Shown here: positions 40,358 to 50,675 of the stretch, piece by piece
Position numbering within the stretch: position 1 is the first letter of the stretch
Layout of the letters: each line of letters begins with the position of its first letter
Assembly (NCBI GenBank): GCA_963725665.1
Contig: CAVRZA010000002.1
Coordinates: 352,001 to 416,000, forward strand
Reading direction: 5' to 3'
Origin: an uncultured Actinomycetes bacterium
GTDB taxonomy: Bacteria; Actinomycetota; Thermoleophilia; UBA2241
DNA: 64,000 bases
Program-made: the position numbers and the translations under genes
Notes under the pieces: model-generated
Seen by the model: the letters and a program-made list of their open reading frames with translations, nothing else
Database searches by the model: none
What the model was told of the DNA's origin: nothing

Positions 40358-40793
40358 CCCGACGGGCGTCTCGGGGCAGCAAAAAGCCCGCCGCACTATC
40401 TGCAGTTCGCCGCACGGGTCTCCTCTTTGCTTCTCGGGACCGAAGCCCCTTGGGAGTAGATCCCTTGCGGGGTCTGCTCCTCACGAAGAGGATCTCCGCC
40501 GCGTCCCACAAAACGTGACGGCGGGCAAGCGGCACTCTAGTTGTCCGTCAACGGCGATGCAATACCAAAAGCCTCGGCCTCTCGCAGAGGGTTGGCTTTC
40601 GCCGCCGCCTGAGGGCGGGGCTCATCCACTGGTTGAGGTTTGGGAGGTTCCAGGCTCGCAGGTGGGTGTCCCGCGATGGTGGGTGTCCCGCGGTGGTAAG
40701 TGGGGCGCGTCACCAGAGACGTCAGTCACTGCAGCGTAGCGCGCGGGCGGCGCGTTGCCGCGCCGCCCGCGCGCTCGTCAGGCTCAGCAGGAA

Positions 40794-40964
40794 TCAGAGC
40801 GTTGCGCTTGGCGTGAAGGGCGGCCGATCCAGGATCAGCCTCGCCGTGTAGGGCGATGCGCTCAGGTCTGTGGGGTCGATCGTGCCGCAGACCCAGACCC
40901 AGTCGCCGATCTTGATGTCGCGGAGGCCGGCAGCGGTCTTGGAGCCCTCCCGGCAGCGGAAGAG
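40794..40964 (-). pseudogene. Orphan 3' fragment of an unrelated gene fused to truncated istA
   Basis: LFRCREGSKTAAGLRDIKIGDWVWVCGTIDPTDLSASPYTARLILDRPPFTPSATL* begins where transposase similarity stops. Confidence 0.45.
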
Positions 40965-41656
40965 GAGCTGTCACGGTCGATGACCAGCTTGGCGGGCACA
41001 CCTCCCAGGCGGGTAAGGCAGCCGAGCAGCGCCGGCACGGCGTCGGCCGTCGTCTGGGAGTGGGTAAAGACGACGGCGTGGGCGCCCGAGAAGGGCAGCG
41101 TGGCAACGAAGCCGTAGGCCTTGCGCAGAACGCCTTTGCCCACCGGCACCTCGATGCCGGTGTCCCACCAATCGGCCTGCAGCAACTCCCCGGGCACGTA
41201 GGTCGTCCGTCCATGGAGTTCGCGAGGGGCGTAGCGCGGCCGGATCTCGCGCAAGTGGTCCTTGAGGATGGAGATGCCGCCGCCGTAGCCGAGCGTCCGC
41301 AGACGCTCGAGGATGACGGTCGCCGGGGCCGTGTGGTCGTCGTTCAGCAGTTGCTCGATCTCGGCCCTGAAGGGATCGAGCAGCGAGCCGGCACGGGCGC
41401 GCTCGTAGCGCGGCGGCGTCTGCAGAGCGAGCAAGCGATAGACGGTTCCGGGGCTGCAGCCCAGACGCTTGGCGATGCGCCTCTTGGGCACGCCCTCCCG
41501 TGCCAGCTCCCGCACCTTCACCCAGTCGTGCACCTGATACACCCCTTCCTCCCTTGCGCGCTTTGCCTTGCGCAAGGGTTCGTCACCGGTCGCGTGCTTC
41601 AAGAGTGTTCAGTTTTCGACCGGCGCAGAGTGTTCAGTTTTCAACCGTCGTCGACA
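40965..41656 (-). mobile_element. istA: Truncated IS21-family element (left end + 5' half of istA; no istB or right end)
   Basis: Left end TGTCGACGACGGTTGAAAACTGAACACTCT with repeated GAAAACTGAACACTCT; GTG 41542 start, HTH (IAKRLGCSPGTV), SLLDPF, GYGGGISILK, PGELLQADW, LGGVPAKLVIDRD, then similarity stops. Confidence 0.9.
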
Positions 41657-42138
41657 TACCGTCCTGAGCGTGGAAGACGGGAGTCGAGTGCTACCTGAAG
41701 GTGACGAGAGCCAACCAGAGCCGCTGAGTCTGGTTGCAGACGGGTTGCAGAACCGCCCACTCATCGTCTCATTGACCTCCACGCCCGTAGGGAAGGGGTC
41801 GTGGCTCGAATCCGGTGGCGCCCCCCCGCATCTAGGGGACTCCTCGCTCGCACCCCTCCGCTGAGCCCGTCGGCTGCAACCACTTAGCAACGCAAATGGG
41901 CGGCTTTGGGCAGCATCCGGCGGGGGAGCGCCTGGCGTGATTGCCTATGCTTGCCGCCGCCGCGGCTCCGCGTGATCTCATGCGGGCTCAGGCCTCATAG
42001 GAGTCCGCTGGGCTCTTCTCCCTACTCATCTGCTGCGTAATCGGTTCTTAATCGAGGCCACGTCATGCTGCCTCCGCGACTGTCAGTCGTGGGTCGCATC
42101 CAGCGCGAGGCGACCCCACAACCGAGAAGGAGGAGAGC

Positions 42139-42558
42139 ATGAAGAGGATGACTGCGGCGGTTGTCGCCGTGAGCGCAGTCCTGATGGCGTTCGCGCTGAC
42201 GAGCGTCTCGCCGGCGCAAACGGGAGCAGCGGCCAAGGGTGCGGGATCTGCCATGGCCAGCTTGAGGGCCGACGCGTCTTGCCACGACCCCTGTGACGAC
42301 CCCTTCTGGCTGAAGGCGTGGGTGAAGGACGCCAACGGGAAAGGCATCGGCGGCGTCAAGGTGAGGTTCTCGTTCCGGCTCGCGACAGGGCAGGTCACAG
42401 GTCACGCGCACACCAACGCCGCGGGATACGCTCACCTGCACGTGAAGCTGACTCCCTCTACGGCCCCGGGAGGCGTACGTGTGAAGGTCACCGCCCGGGC
42501 CACCCACGACGGCGTCAGCCGGACGGCGACGACCTGGTTCACCCCCAACTACAGCTGA
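42139..42558 (+). CDS. Secreted Ig-like/beta-sandwich hypothetical protein
   Basis: AGGAGGAG RBS, signal peptide, VKDANGKGIGGVKVRF...TNAAGYA pattern. Confidence 0.65.
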   Translation: MKRMTAAVVAVSAVLMAFALTSVSPAQTGAAAKGAGSAMASLRADASCHDPCDDPFWLKAWVKDANGKGIGGVKVRFSFRLATGQVTGHAHTNAAGYAHLHVKLTPSTAPGGVRVKVTARATHDGVSRTATTWFTPNYS

Positions 42559-42794
42559 TCGGCGGCTGGGCGTCGACCCAGCGCCGAGGCCGGAGCGGCG
42601 TGCTCCCTCGGCGGCGATGTGCCCCCTTGGCGGCGAACCACGGGGCTACAGAGGGGCGACATACGGGGCGGCGGGCAAGCAGCCTGCCGCCCCGACTCAG
42701 TCCGGTCGCTCCGTCAGAGGGAGTGCGGATACCGGCGCAACCGCCGCCGGGGATCCCATTCCGAGGGCAAGGGCAAACTGAAGACCGGCACAGC

Positions 42795-44093
42795 TCAGCC
42801 CCGCTCCGCAAACCGAAGGCCGACCTCGCCCTCACCCAAGGTCGCCGCAGCCGTCTTGCGCCCCTTCCAGACGTTCGCCATCCGCCCCGGGTTGTCCAGC
42901 ACCAGCGAGACCGCGGCGACGAAGTAGAACGCAGTGAACAGCCGCCGTGTCTCCTCTCCCGCCAGGCCCATGAAGGCGTCGCCTGGAAGCAGACCGATCA
43001 ACGAGGGTGCCAGCAACTGCCCGGCGAAGAGGCCAAACAGTAGCAGGGCGTGGCCGAGCGACAGCCTGAGGGAGGCGAGGACCACCACCGCGAGCACCGA
43101 CTGGGCCGCCGTAAGCAGGATCTCGTCCATCTGGAGCCGGCCCATCGGGATGGGGTGGGCCAGTGACCCGTGGGCGAGCGCGTAGACGCCCGGGATCATG
43201 CCCACCAGCAGTGTCCACTGGTTCACCTTCGCCGAGAGGAGGCTGCCGAGCCCCAGGGCCGCCCGGCCGCTGAACGCCAGCATCAAGGCGACGATGAACT
43301 CGGGCGCTTCGGAGGCGATCGGTGCAAGCCACTGCACAAGGAGGAACTCGTCGACGCCCAGCACGGCACCCGTTTGCACGAGGCCCTCGCTGAACGGCGC
43401 GGCGTTGATCACGATCGTGCCCGCGGCCGTTGCGAACAGTGCCATGGTCACGAAGCGTCGACGACGTCTGGGCAGACTGATCAGGAGTCTCGCCGGCCCA
43501 TGGGCCTCACTCGCGGTGACCGGACGGCGGGCCGCCGTCGACATGTACCACACGTAGATGCCGAGGAACACGACGCCGTCGTACCAGGCGAGCGTGCCCT
43601 TGACCGGGATGACGAGCGCATACGCGGTCGCCAGACCCAGGAAGAACAACTCCGTGCGACGGTCTCCGTCGAGGCGGACGGGGCTCCGCGTCCTGCTCCA
43701 GCAGATGAACGCGACGGCCGCCCAGGCGACTCCGATCAGCAGCCGGTTGGCTCCGGTCATGTTGGCGATGGCGTAGCTCGCGTACTCGCTGTCGGGATTC
43801 GTACCGGCTTGCCACGTGAAGTACATGTCGACCGCATACTCCGGGAGCACGGCGATCAGCGCGACGACGGCGAGAGCCAGGGCCTGCGAGACATCGGCCT
43901 GAGCCGCGTCGCAAGCCCAGACGAGCAGGAACGCGGCACCGAAGATGGCCGCGCCCGCAACGAGTGCCTGCAGGGGTGGGTCGAGCGGGATACCCATGAA
44001 GCGCACGACCATGCCGGGTAGGATTGCGGCAAGGGCGAGAGCCATCGGCGCAAGCTTGCGGGCGACCATTTGGACCTCCGGGTGCATCCTCAT
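42795..44093 (-). CDS. Sodium:calcium (CaCA) antiporter family protein
   Basis: Alpha repeats AVLPEYAVD / ANMTGANR and IASEAPEF / SAKVNQWTLL; about 11 TM segments. Confidence 0.88.
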   Translation of the reverse strand: MRMHPEVQMVARKLAPMALALAAILPGMVVRFMGIPLDPPLQALVAGAAIFGAAFLLVWACDAAQADVSQALALAVVALIAVLPEYAVDMYFTWQAGTNPDSEYASYAIANMTGANRLLIGVAWAAVAFICWSRTRSPVRLDGDRRTELFFLGLATAYALVIPVKGTLAWYDGVVFLGIYVWYMSTAARRPVTASEAHGPARLLISLPRRRRRFVTMALFATAAGTIVINAAPFSEGLVQTGAVLGVDEFLLVQWLAPIASEAPEFIVALMLAFSGRAALGLGSLLSAKVNQWTLLVGMIPGVYALAHGSLAHPIPMGRLQMDEILLTAAQSVLAVVVLASLRLSLGHALLLFGLFAGQLLAPSLIGLLPGDAFMGLAGEETRRLFTAFYFVAAVSLVLDNPGRMANVWKGRKTAAATLGEGEVGLRFAERG

Positions 44094-44109
44094 GACCTGA
44101 CGGTGCGGC

Positions 44110-44226
44110 GCGAGCCGCTCGATCGTCGCTGCCGCGCATCGACGATGCGCCGGTGAGCGGTGGAGCGGAGGCTCACCGATGACGACCCGCCGGGGCCCGG
44201 AGGACGGACCCTGCTACTCCCCGCAA
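44110..44226 (-). ncRNA. Probable yybP-ykoY (Mn2+) riboswitch
   Basis: GGGGAGUAGC followed by a stem, UCGUCAUC and GGUGAGC/GCUCACC stem, directly 5' of a cation antiporter; 3' part less canonical. Confidence 0.55.
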
Positions 44227-44258
44227 GCGGATGGGCGTTCCGATCGTGACGGGTGGCG

Positions 44259-44278
44259 CCTTAAGACATCCTTAAGAC
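44259..44278. promoter_or_regulatory. CCTTAAGAC direct repeat (11-nt period), OmpR-type binding site candidate
   Basis: CCTTAAGAC-AT-CCTTAAGAC between the divergent antiporter and response regulator; weaker TTAAC-N6-TTAGG at 46222. Confidence 0.5.
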
Positions 44279-44304
44279 GGACCTGCTATCGTCCCCTCTC
44301 AGCC

Positions 44305-44964
44305 ATGGATGTGCTTATCGTAGAAGACAACCGCCGACTGGCCGCCAACGTGCGACGCTATCTCGAGCTCGAAGGCTACTCGGCGGACGTCGCCTACGAC
44401 GGCGTCGACGGCCTCGAGAAGACTCTCGCGACGGCGCCGGATTGTCTCATCCTCGACCTCAACCTCCCCCGACTCGACGGCCTCGAGGTCTGCACGAGGC
44501 TGCGTGACAACGGCGTCGCCGTCCCCATCCTCATGCTCACGGCCCGCAGCGACACGCGGGATGTCGTGCGAGGCCTCGACACCGGCGCCGACGACTACCT
44601 CGTCAAGCCGTTCGAGATGGAGGAGCTCCTGGCCCGCGTGCGCACCCTGCTCCGCCGCCCCGTCGCCGATCGCGGTCCGGTGCTCAGAGCCGGCGAGGTC
44701 GTCGTCGACACGAACAGCCACGAGGTGCGCAGGGGTGGGAAGGTCGTCCATCTCGCGCCGCGAGAGTACGACCTGCTTGAGTACCTGCTGCGCAACAGAG
44801 GGGTGGCTCACGATCGCCTGAAGCTCATCGAAGATGTCTGGGGCGAGTACGACGACCTGCTGTTCTCCCAGACCGTCGACGTGCACGTGGCCTACCTGCG
44901 CCGCAAGCTGGGCAAGGACCTGATCACGACGGTGCCCGGCAAGGGCTACCTGATCCCCGGCTAG
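44305..44964 (+). CDS. OmpR-family response regulator
   Basis: VLIVEDN, ILDLNLP, GADDYLVKPF, VDVHVAYLRRKL, TVPGKGY. Confidence 0.95.
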   Translation: MDVLIVEDNRRLAANVRRYLELEGYSADVAYDGVDGLEKTLATAPDCLILDLNLPRLDGLEVCTRLRDNGVAVPILMLTARSDTRDVVRGLDTGADDYLVKPFEMEELLARVRTLLRRPVADRGPVLRAGEVVVDTNSHEVRRGGKVVHLAPREYDLLEYLLRNRGVAHDRLKLIEDVWGEYDDLLFSQTVDVHVAYLRRKLGKDLITTVPGKGYLIPG

Positions 44965-44973
44965 GATAGCCAG

Positions 44974-46132
44974 ATGTTCTCGCGGCTTCGCCTCGAGACT
45001 GGCGCTGCAGTTCACGGCCATCGTGTTCGTGCTTACGTTGCTCGCCGGTGTGGTCTTCCTTGCGATCGAGTATGTCGAGACGCACCGTCACCTCGATCGA
45101 AGCCTCGAGCTCTCGGCGCACATTGCTGGTGACATCTACCTCCCCCTTGATGCGGAGGAGGCGGCCTGGTTGCGCCGCCGTGACGCCGCCGTGCGCATCG
45201 TCGGCCCTGACGGTTCAGTGCTCTACGAGGCCGACGCGTTCGCGCGCCTGCGCGTGCCGGTCGGCTCAACGGGCTTCACGAGCGTGCGGCTGGGTGCGGA
45301 CACGTACCGCATCTACACCACGCGACTGCCCAACGGCGGACTACTCCAGCTGGCCGCCCTCGATCGCATCGGCATCGCTCAGCTCAAGGGCGAGGCCCGC
45401 GTGTTCCTCCTCGCCAGCGTGGCGGTCTCGCTGATCACGTTCCTGGCAGGGCTGTATTTCGCGCGGAGGAGCCTGGCTCCGGCGGAGAGGATGTTCGCCC
45501 AGCTCACGCAGTTCACACACGACGCCAGCCACGAGCTGCGCACGCCGCTTGCAGTGGTCAACTCGGAGCTCGATCTCGCCCTGCGCACCGGCGACTACGA
45601 GAAGGGCGTGAGAGCTGCCAAGGAGGAGCTCCGGCAAGGTTCGGAGATCGTAGAGGGCCTGCTCCAGCTGGCCTCGCTGGACAGCGCCACGCTCGACGCC
45701 AACCCGTTCGACCTGTCGGCGCTCGTGCAGCGCGAACTCGAGCGCGTCGAGCCACTCGCTGCCGAGCGCGACATAGAGCTTCAGGACAGCGTCGCTCCCT
45801 CGGTCACCGCTCGCGGCGGCGACCGCCTCGTGAGGCAGCTCACGGCCAACCTGCTGGGCAACGCCCTCAAGTTCACGCCCCGTGGCGGTCAAGTCACCGT
45901 GTCTCTCACGCGCGACGAGCTGCGTGTGAGCGACACCGGGCCCGGCATCCCTGCGGCCGAGCTCGAGCACATCTTCGAGCGCTTCTACCAGTCCGACACG
46001 TCACGGGCCCAGGAGGGGCACGGACTCGGACTGGCCATCGCGAGACGCATCGCCGATGTCCACGGGTGGCGGATCTGGGCCGAGAGCCAAGCCGGCGACG
46101 GGGCGACCTTCGTGGTCTCGCTTCGCGGCTGA
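44974..46132 (+). CDS. Sensor histidine kinase; apparent 1-nt frameshift near 44995 in the N-terminus
   Basis: DASHELRTPL, NLLGNALKFT, DTGPGI, FERFY, GHGLGLAI. ATG 44974 (MFSRLRL) is out of frame with RLALQFTAIVFVL; an alternative GTG lies at 45023. Confidence 0.85.
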
Positions 46133-46303
46133 TCTCGCCGGGGCAACCTAGCCGGACCGGACGGTTCTGGTGCCCCAGACGACTCGGCTCCCTTGACAAG
46201 CTCCGCACATCCTCCACGTCGTTAACCAGCTCTTAGGGACCCTTCAGTGACACTGTCGGCGAGACAGGGGCGGACCAAGCGTCCGCGATCGCAGGAGGAT
46301 GCT

Positions 46304-46780
46304 ATGAGGAGACTGTGCGTGATGGCCGTCGTGCTGGTGTTGGGCGCTGTGTCTGCCGGTGCGGCGTTCGCCGCCGTGAGCTCCAGCCGCTCGATGGCTC
46401 CGCCGGCCTCTGACCAGACCGGCGATGCCGTCGCGGGCGACGAGGCGGCCAAGTCGAAGGGCAAGGCCGTCGGCAAGAGCGCGTCGGCAGCGACGAAACC
46501 GCGCGCGAAGCCTCACTCGACTAAGGCGTCACCGCGCGTCTCTCCGCCTCCGACGCCCATCACGGGTGCTGTTGTGCACGACCCCGACGACTGCGGCGAT
46601 GTGTGCCTCGACAGCACGCCGGATAGCGACGATTGCGCGATCGACGACTGCTCCGCAGATGACTGCTCCACCGACGACTGCTCGGCCGACGGCACGCCGA
46701 CACAGCCCGCCAGTCCTTCCGGTATCGACGACGACGGAGACGGCGACGGCGGCGACTGTGGCGAGGCCGACGGCGATTGA
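46304..46780 (+). CDS. Secreted Asp/Cys-rich protein with DDC repeats
   Basis: AGGAGG RBS, signal peptide, DDCGDVCLD..DDCAIDDCSADDCSTDDCSAD, DDDGDGDGGDC tail. Confidence 0.65.
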   Translation: MRRLCVMAVVLVLGAVSAGAAFAAVSSSRSMAPPASDQTGDAVAGDEAAKSKGKAVGKSASAATKPRAKPHSTKASPRVSPPPTPITGAVVHDPDDCGDVCLDSTPDSDDCAIDDCSADDCSTDDCSADGTPTQPASPSGIDDDGDGDGGDCGEADGD

Positions 46781-46908
46781 TCCCCCCGGGCCCCTCCCAC
46801 CCCTGAGACGGGGGGCGGCAGCTTCGCCCCACGCGAGCTGCCATGGGCGGCGGAACCGCAGAACAGCGGGTCCGCCGCCCGCTCAAGTCCACGCCGAGGA
46901 GCAGTGCT

Positions 46909-47235
46909 ATGAAGAAGACCCTGCGGACCATCCGTACCGACATCAGCTTCCTGACCGGTCTCTGCCTGGCGGGCTTCGTCGTGCTGGCAGTTCTCACAGG
47001 CACGGGCATGGACGAGCGTGTCGAGCTGTTCGTCTCGCCTGACGACCTGCACGCCCTGGCCGGCTACGGACTTGCCCTCGTCGCCGCCCTACATGTCCTT
47101 TTGCAGACAGGCAGGATGAGGTCATACCTCTCGCGCAGGCTGAGGTCCGTCGTCGTGGCATCGAGAGATCAGCGACGTCGCGAGGTCGGCCACCGCACGA
47201 TGAGCCCGCACCGACGGATTCTTACCCCCGAATGA
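46909..47235 (+). CDS. DUF4405-like small membrane protein
   Basis: VLTG TM helix, then LHALAG...ALHVLL paired His. Confidence 0.55.
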   Translation: MKKTLRTIRTDISFLTGLCLAGFVVLAVLTGTGMDERVELFVSPDDLHALAGYGLALVAALHVLLQTGRMRSYLSRRLRSVVVASRDQRRREVGHRTMSPHRRILTPE

Positions 47236-47254
47236 CCAACCGAAGGAGACGACC

Positions 47255-47584
47255 ATGAGGTGTCCGAACTGCGATGTCCAGTTGCTGATGGCGGAGCGTC
47301 AAGGCGTCGGCATCGACTACTGTCCCCAGTGCCGTGGGATCTGGCTCGAGCGGGGCAAGCTCGACGAGATCATCCACGGCGTCTCTCAGTCCGACGAGGC
47401 ACCGGGCCCCAAGACCGCGAGCCGCTTACCGTACGACAAGTGGTCCGACGAGGAGCGAAGGGATCACAGCGACGCGCGTCAAAGCGGCTACCGCGACGAA
47501 CACGACCGCGACGACGGAGACCAAAAGCGCAAGAAGAAGTCGAGCTTCCTTGGCGACATCCTGGGAGGCATCGGGGGCGGATGA
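47255..47584 (+). CDS. zf-TFIIB zinc-ribbon protein
   Basis: MRCPNC...IDYCPQCRGIWLERGKLD, KKKSSFLGDI tail. Confidence 0.88.
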   Translation: MRCPNCDVQLLMAERQGVGIDYCPQCRGIWLERGKLDEIIHGVSQSDEAPGPKTASRLPYDKWSDEERRDHSDARQSGYRDEHDRDDGDQKRKKKSSFLGDILGGIGGG

Positions 47585-50340
47585 GGCTGCCCGCACGTGA
47601 GGGCATCGTTTGGCCGTCGCCGCTCTGCCCTGATACCGTCGCGCGCGTGGGCACCGCGCACATCGACCCCCCGCTCCCCGGCCTCAGCGACGAGGAGGCC
47701 GCGCGCCGTCGCGCCGCCGGGCAGGGCAACGACGTCGAGATCAGCGCCGGCCGCAGCTACGGCCGCATCGTCCGCGACAACGTCTTCAACTTCATCAACA
47801 ACCTGTTCTACGTGCTCGGCATCGTGCTGCTGGTGCTGGGCAAGCCGCTCGACGCCTTCGTCGTCAGTTTCGTGATCTTCGCCAACACCATCGTGAGCCT
47901 GGTGCAGGAGCTGCGCGCCAAGCGCGTGATCGACCGCATCAGCATCCTCACGCGCCCCAAGGCGAGCGTCGTCAGGGACGGCAAGGTGGCGAGCGTGGAC
48001 CCGGCGCAGATCGTCGTCGGCGACGTGCTGTACGTGCACCCGGGCGACCAGGTGGTCGTGGACGGCCCCATGGCCGGTGAAGGCCGCATGGAAGTGGACG
48101 AGTCGCTGCTCACCGGCGAGTCGGACCTGGTGGCCAAGAGGCCCGGCGACGACCTGCTGTCGGGCAGCTTCTGCGTCACCGGCGGCGGCTACTACGAGGC
48201 GCATAAGGTGGGTCTGGAGAGCTTCGCCAACAAGCTCACGGCCAAAGCCAAGGGCTTCAAACGTGAGCTCACCCCCCTGCAGCGCCAGGTGAACCAGATC
48301 GTCCGCGTGCTGCTCGTGGTGGTGGTCATCTTCGAGATCCTGGTGTGGGTACGGAACACCGTCGTTGACGTGCCCTTCGTGGAGAGCGTACGCATGTCCA
48401 CCGTGATCCTCGCGCTGATCCCCAACGGCCTGGTGCTCTCCATCGCCCTGGCATATGCCCTTGGCACGGTGCGCCTGCTGGGGCGCGACATGCTGGTGCA
48501 GCAGGCGAACGCCGTGGAATCGCTGTCCAACGTCGACGTGCTGTGCACGGACAAGACCGGCACGCTCACGTCCGGCGTGGTCAAGACAGAGCATGTGCTG
48601 GCGCTGGGCGCCGAGCAGCGGCACGCCGAAGAGCTGCTCGGCGCGTTCGCCGCCAGCACGACGGATGCGAACCGCACCATCGAGGCGCTGCGTCAGTCGT
48701 TCCCGGCGCAGCGCCTCGAGCCCACGCACGAGGCGTTCTTCTCGTCGGCGCGCAAGTGGAGCGGCCTCGCCTTCGGCGCGGGCGGCGCGCGAGGCACGTA
48801 CGTGCTGGGCGCGCCGGAGATGCTCGAACCGGCGCTGGCTCCGGGCAACGCCGACGGCCCGCCCGACTGGCACGCGCAGGCAGCGGCGTGGACGGCCCAG
48901 GGCCTGCGCGTGGTGCTCTTCGCGGGGCGGCCGGAGCCGCTCGCCTTCAGCGAGCAGGACCGGCCGCCCGAACTGCCCTCCGACCTGGAGCCTCTCGCCT
49001 TGGTGTGCTTCAGTGACGAGCTGCGACCCGGCGTGCGCCTTACGCTGGACGAGTTCGCGGAGGCCGGCATCGAGGTCAAGATCATCTCCGGCGACAACCC
49101 TACGACCGTGAGCGCCCTGGCGAAGCAGGCCGGCATCCACACGCTGCACCTTCGCGAGGGTGTCGACGCGTACTGCGAGGTCGTGCTGGACCACAGCGAT
49201 GAGGCTGGAGACGGGGGGGCGGATGGGGCGCCGAGCAGCGGGCCGCAAGAGCTGGCTGTCGCCGGCGCCGACGAGCGCGCGCCGCTCGAGCTCGTGGCCG
49301 TGTCCGGCACCGACCTCGAGCGCATGTCGCCGGAGGAGTTTGCGGCCGCGGCGGAGCAGGCGAGCATCTTCGGCCGCGTCACGCCCGAACAGAAAGAGGA
49401 CTTGCTGCTCGCCCTGCGCGGCCGCGGCCGCTACGCGGCGATGATCGGCGACGGCGTCAACGACGTGATCGCGCTGAAGCAGGCGAACGTGGCGGTCGCC
49501 ATGCAGGGCGGGAGTCAGGCGGCGCGGGGTGTCTCCGACCTGATTCTGCTCAACGATACGTTCGCGCCGCTCCCCTACGCCTTCCGCGAGGGGCAGCGCA
49601 TCATCAACGGCATGAGCGACATCCTGCGGATCTTCATGGTGCGTATCTTCTACAAGGCGACGATCATCGCCGCCATCACCGCGCTGGGCGGCTTCCCCTT
49701 CGCGCCACGGCAGGCGTCGCTCATCTCGTTCGTCACCGCCGGCGTGCCGGCGGCCGCGTTCGCCTTGTGGGCCAGGCCCGGTCCTACGCCCAAGGTCTCC
49801 ATGTTCAAGCTGCTGGCACGCTTCGTGCTGCCCACGACGATCCTGCAGCTCGTGATGTCCATCGGCGTCTACCTCGCCTTCGCCGTCCCCGAGAAGAGCA
49901 GCTATCTTGCTGCCCATCCCGGCGCCGGCGAAAGCCAGCTCATCGAGTTCGCCTACCCGCCGGCCCAGACCGCGCTCACGCTGTTCGCTGCGTTCTGTGG
50001 CATCCTGCTCATCGTGCTCGCCGTGCCGCCGACCAGATGGTGGGCCGCCGGTGCCGTGTACCGCGGCGACCACCGCATCGCCGGTGTGGCGGTGGCCATG
50101 TTCGGCTTCGTCATCGGCGTCCTGATCCTGCCGTTCGGCCGCACCCTGTTCGAGCTGAGTGAGCTGCCGGTCTGGCAGTACTTTGCCATCTTCGGCCTCG
50201 CCGTCGTCTGGAGCCAGCTCTGCCTGCTCATCTGGCGTACAGGGCTGCTTGACCGCTGGCTTGGCACGGCGACGGATCCGGGAAACGTGTGCGCCACGCG
50301 GGAGGCGGCCGCACGCGACCTGCGCAGCGCGGCTGCCTAG
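47581..50340 (+). CDS. P-type cation-transporting ATPase (CtpE-like, type II)
   Basis: VDESLLTGES, DKTGTLT, FSSARKWS, ISGDNP, FGRVTPEQK, MIGDGVND; TM4 motif IPNGL; start at 47581 or GTG 47647. Confidence 0.92.
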   Translation: MRLPAREGIVWPSPLCPDTVARVGTAHIDPPLPGLSDEEAARRRAAGQGNDVEISAGRSYGRIVRDNVFNFINNLFYVLGIVLLVLGKPLDAFVVSFVIFANTIVSLVQELRAKRVIDRISILTRPKASVVRDGKVASVDPAQIVVGDVLYVHPGDQVVVDGPMAGEGRMEVDESLLTGESDLVAKRPGDDLLSGSFCVTGGGYYEAHKVGLESFANKLTAKAKGFKRELTPLQRQVNQIVRVLLVVVVIFEILVWVRNTVVDVPFVESVRMSTVILALIPNGLVLSIALAYALGTVRLLGRDMLVQQANAVESLSNVDVLCTDKTGTLTSGVVKTEHVLALGAEQRHAEELLGAFAASTTDANRTIEALRQSFPAQRLEPTHEAFFSSARKWSGLAFGAGGARGTYVLGAPEMLEPALAPGNADGPPDWHAQAAAWTAQGLRVVLFAGRPEPLAFSEQDRPPELPSDLEPLALVCFSDELRPGVRLTLDEFAEAGIEVKIISGDNPTTVSALAKQAGIHTLHLREGVDAYCEVVLDHSDEAGDGGADGAPSSGPQELAVAGADERAPLELVAVSGTDLERMSPEEFAAAAEQASIFGRVTPEQKEDLLLALRGRGRYAAMIGDGVNDVIALKQANVAVAMQGGSQAARGVSDLILLNDTFAPLPYAFREGQRIINGMSDILRIFMVRIFYKATIIAAITALGGFPFAPRQASLISFVTAGVPAAAFALWARPGPTPKVSMFKLLARFVLPTTILQLVMSIGVYLAFAVPEKSSYLAAHPGAGESQLIEFAYPPAQTALTLFAAFCGILLIVLAVPPTRWWAAGAVYRGDHRIAGVAVAMFGFVIGVLILPFGRTLFELSELPVWQYFAIFGLAVVWSQLCLLIWRTGLLDRWLGTATDPGNVCATREAAARDLRSAAA

Positions 50341-50655
50341 GTGGCTAACCGCCCCTCCAGGGCGGCAACAGGGAGATTCTCACGACCCTTCCGTGAACGT
50401 GGAGGCGGCGGAGTCCCCCCTCCCGGTCTCCACGCGCAACCATCCTGCAACCCGCGACTCCCCACACATGACAGAGTCAGGCGTCGGTCTCCCTAACCTC
50501 TGCCCCCGCCTCAGCGGACTCGTTTTCGAGCCGATGCCCGCGCGTTACCCGCGCCACTGAGCCGTAGTGGAGGAAGCGGGCCGGCCACGAGCTGAGCGTG
50601 CCGCGGATGGAGGCGGAGGAGTTTGAGGCCCGGCTCGACGGGCCTGAGAGCGAAA

Positions 50656-50675
50656 CGTGTACTTTCGTGTACTTT
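50656..50675. repeat. Tandem CGTGTACTTT repeat about 70 bp past the tRNA-Arg 3' end (integrase arm-site-like)
   Basis: CGTGTACTTT x2 in an AT-rich patch. Confidence 0.45.
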
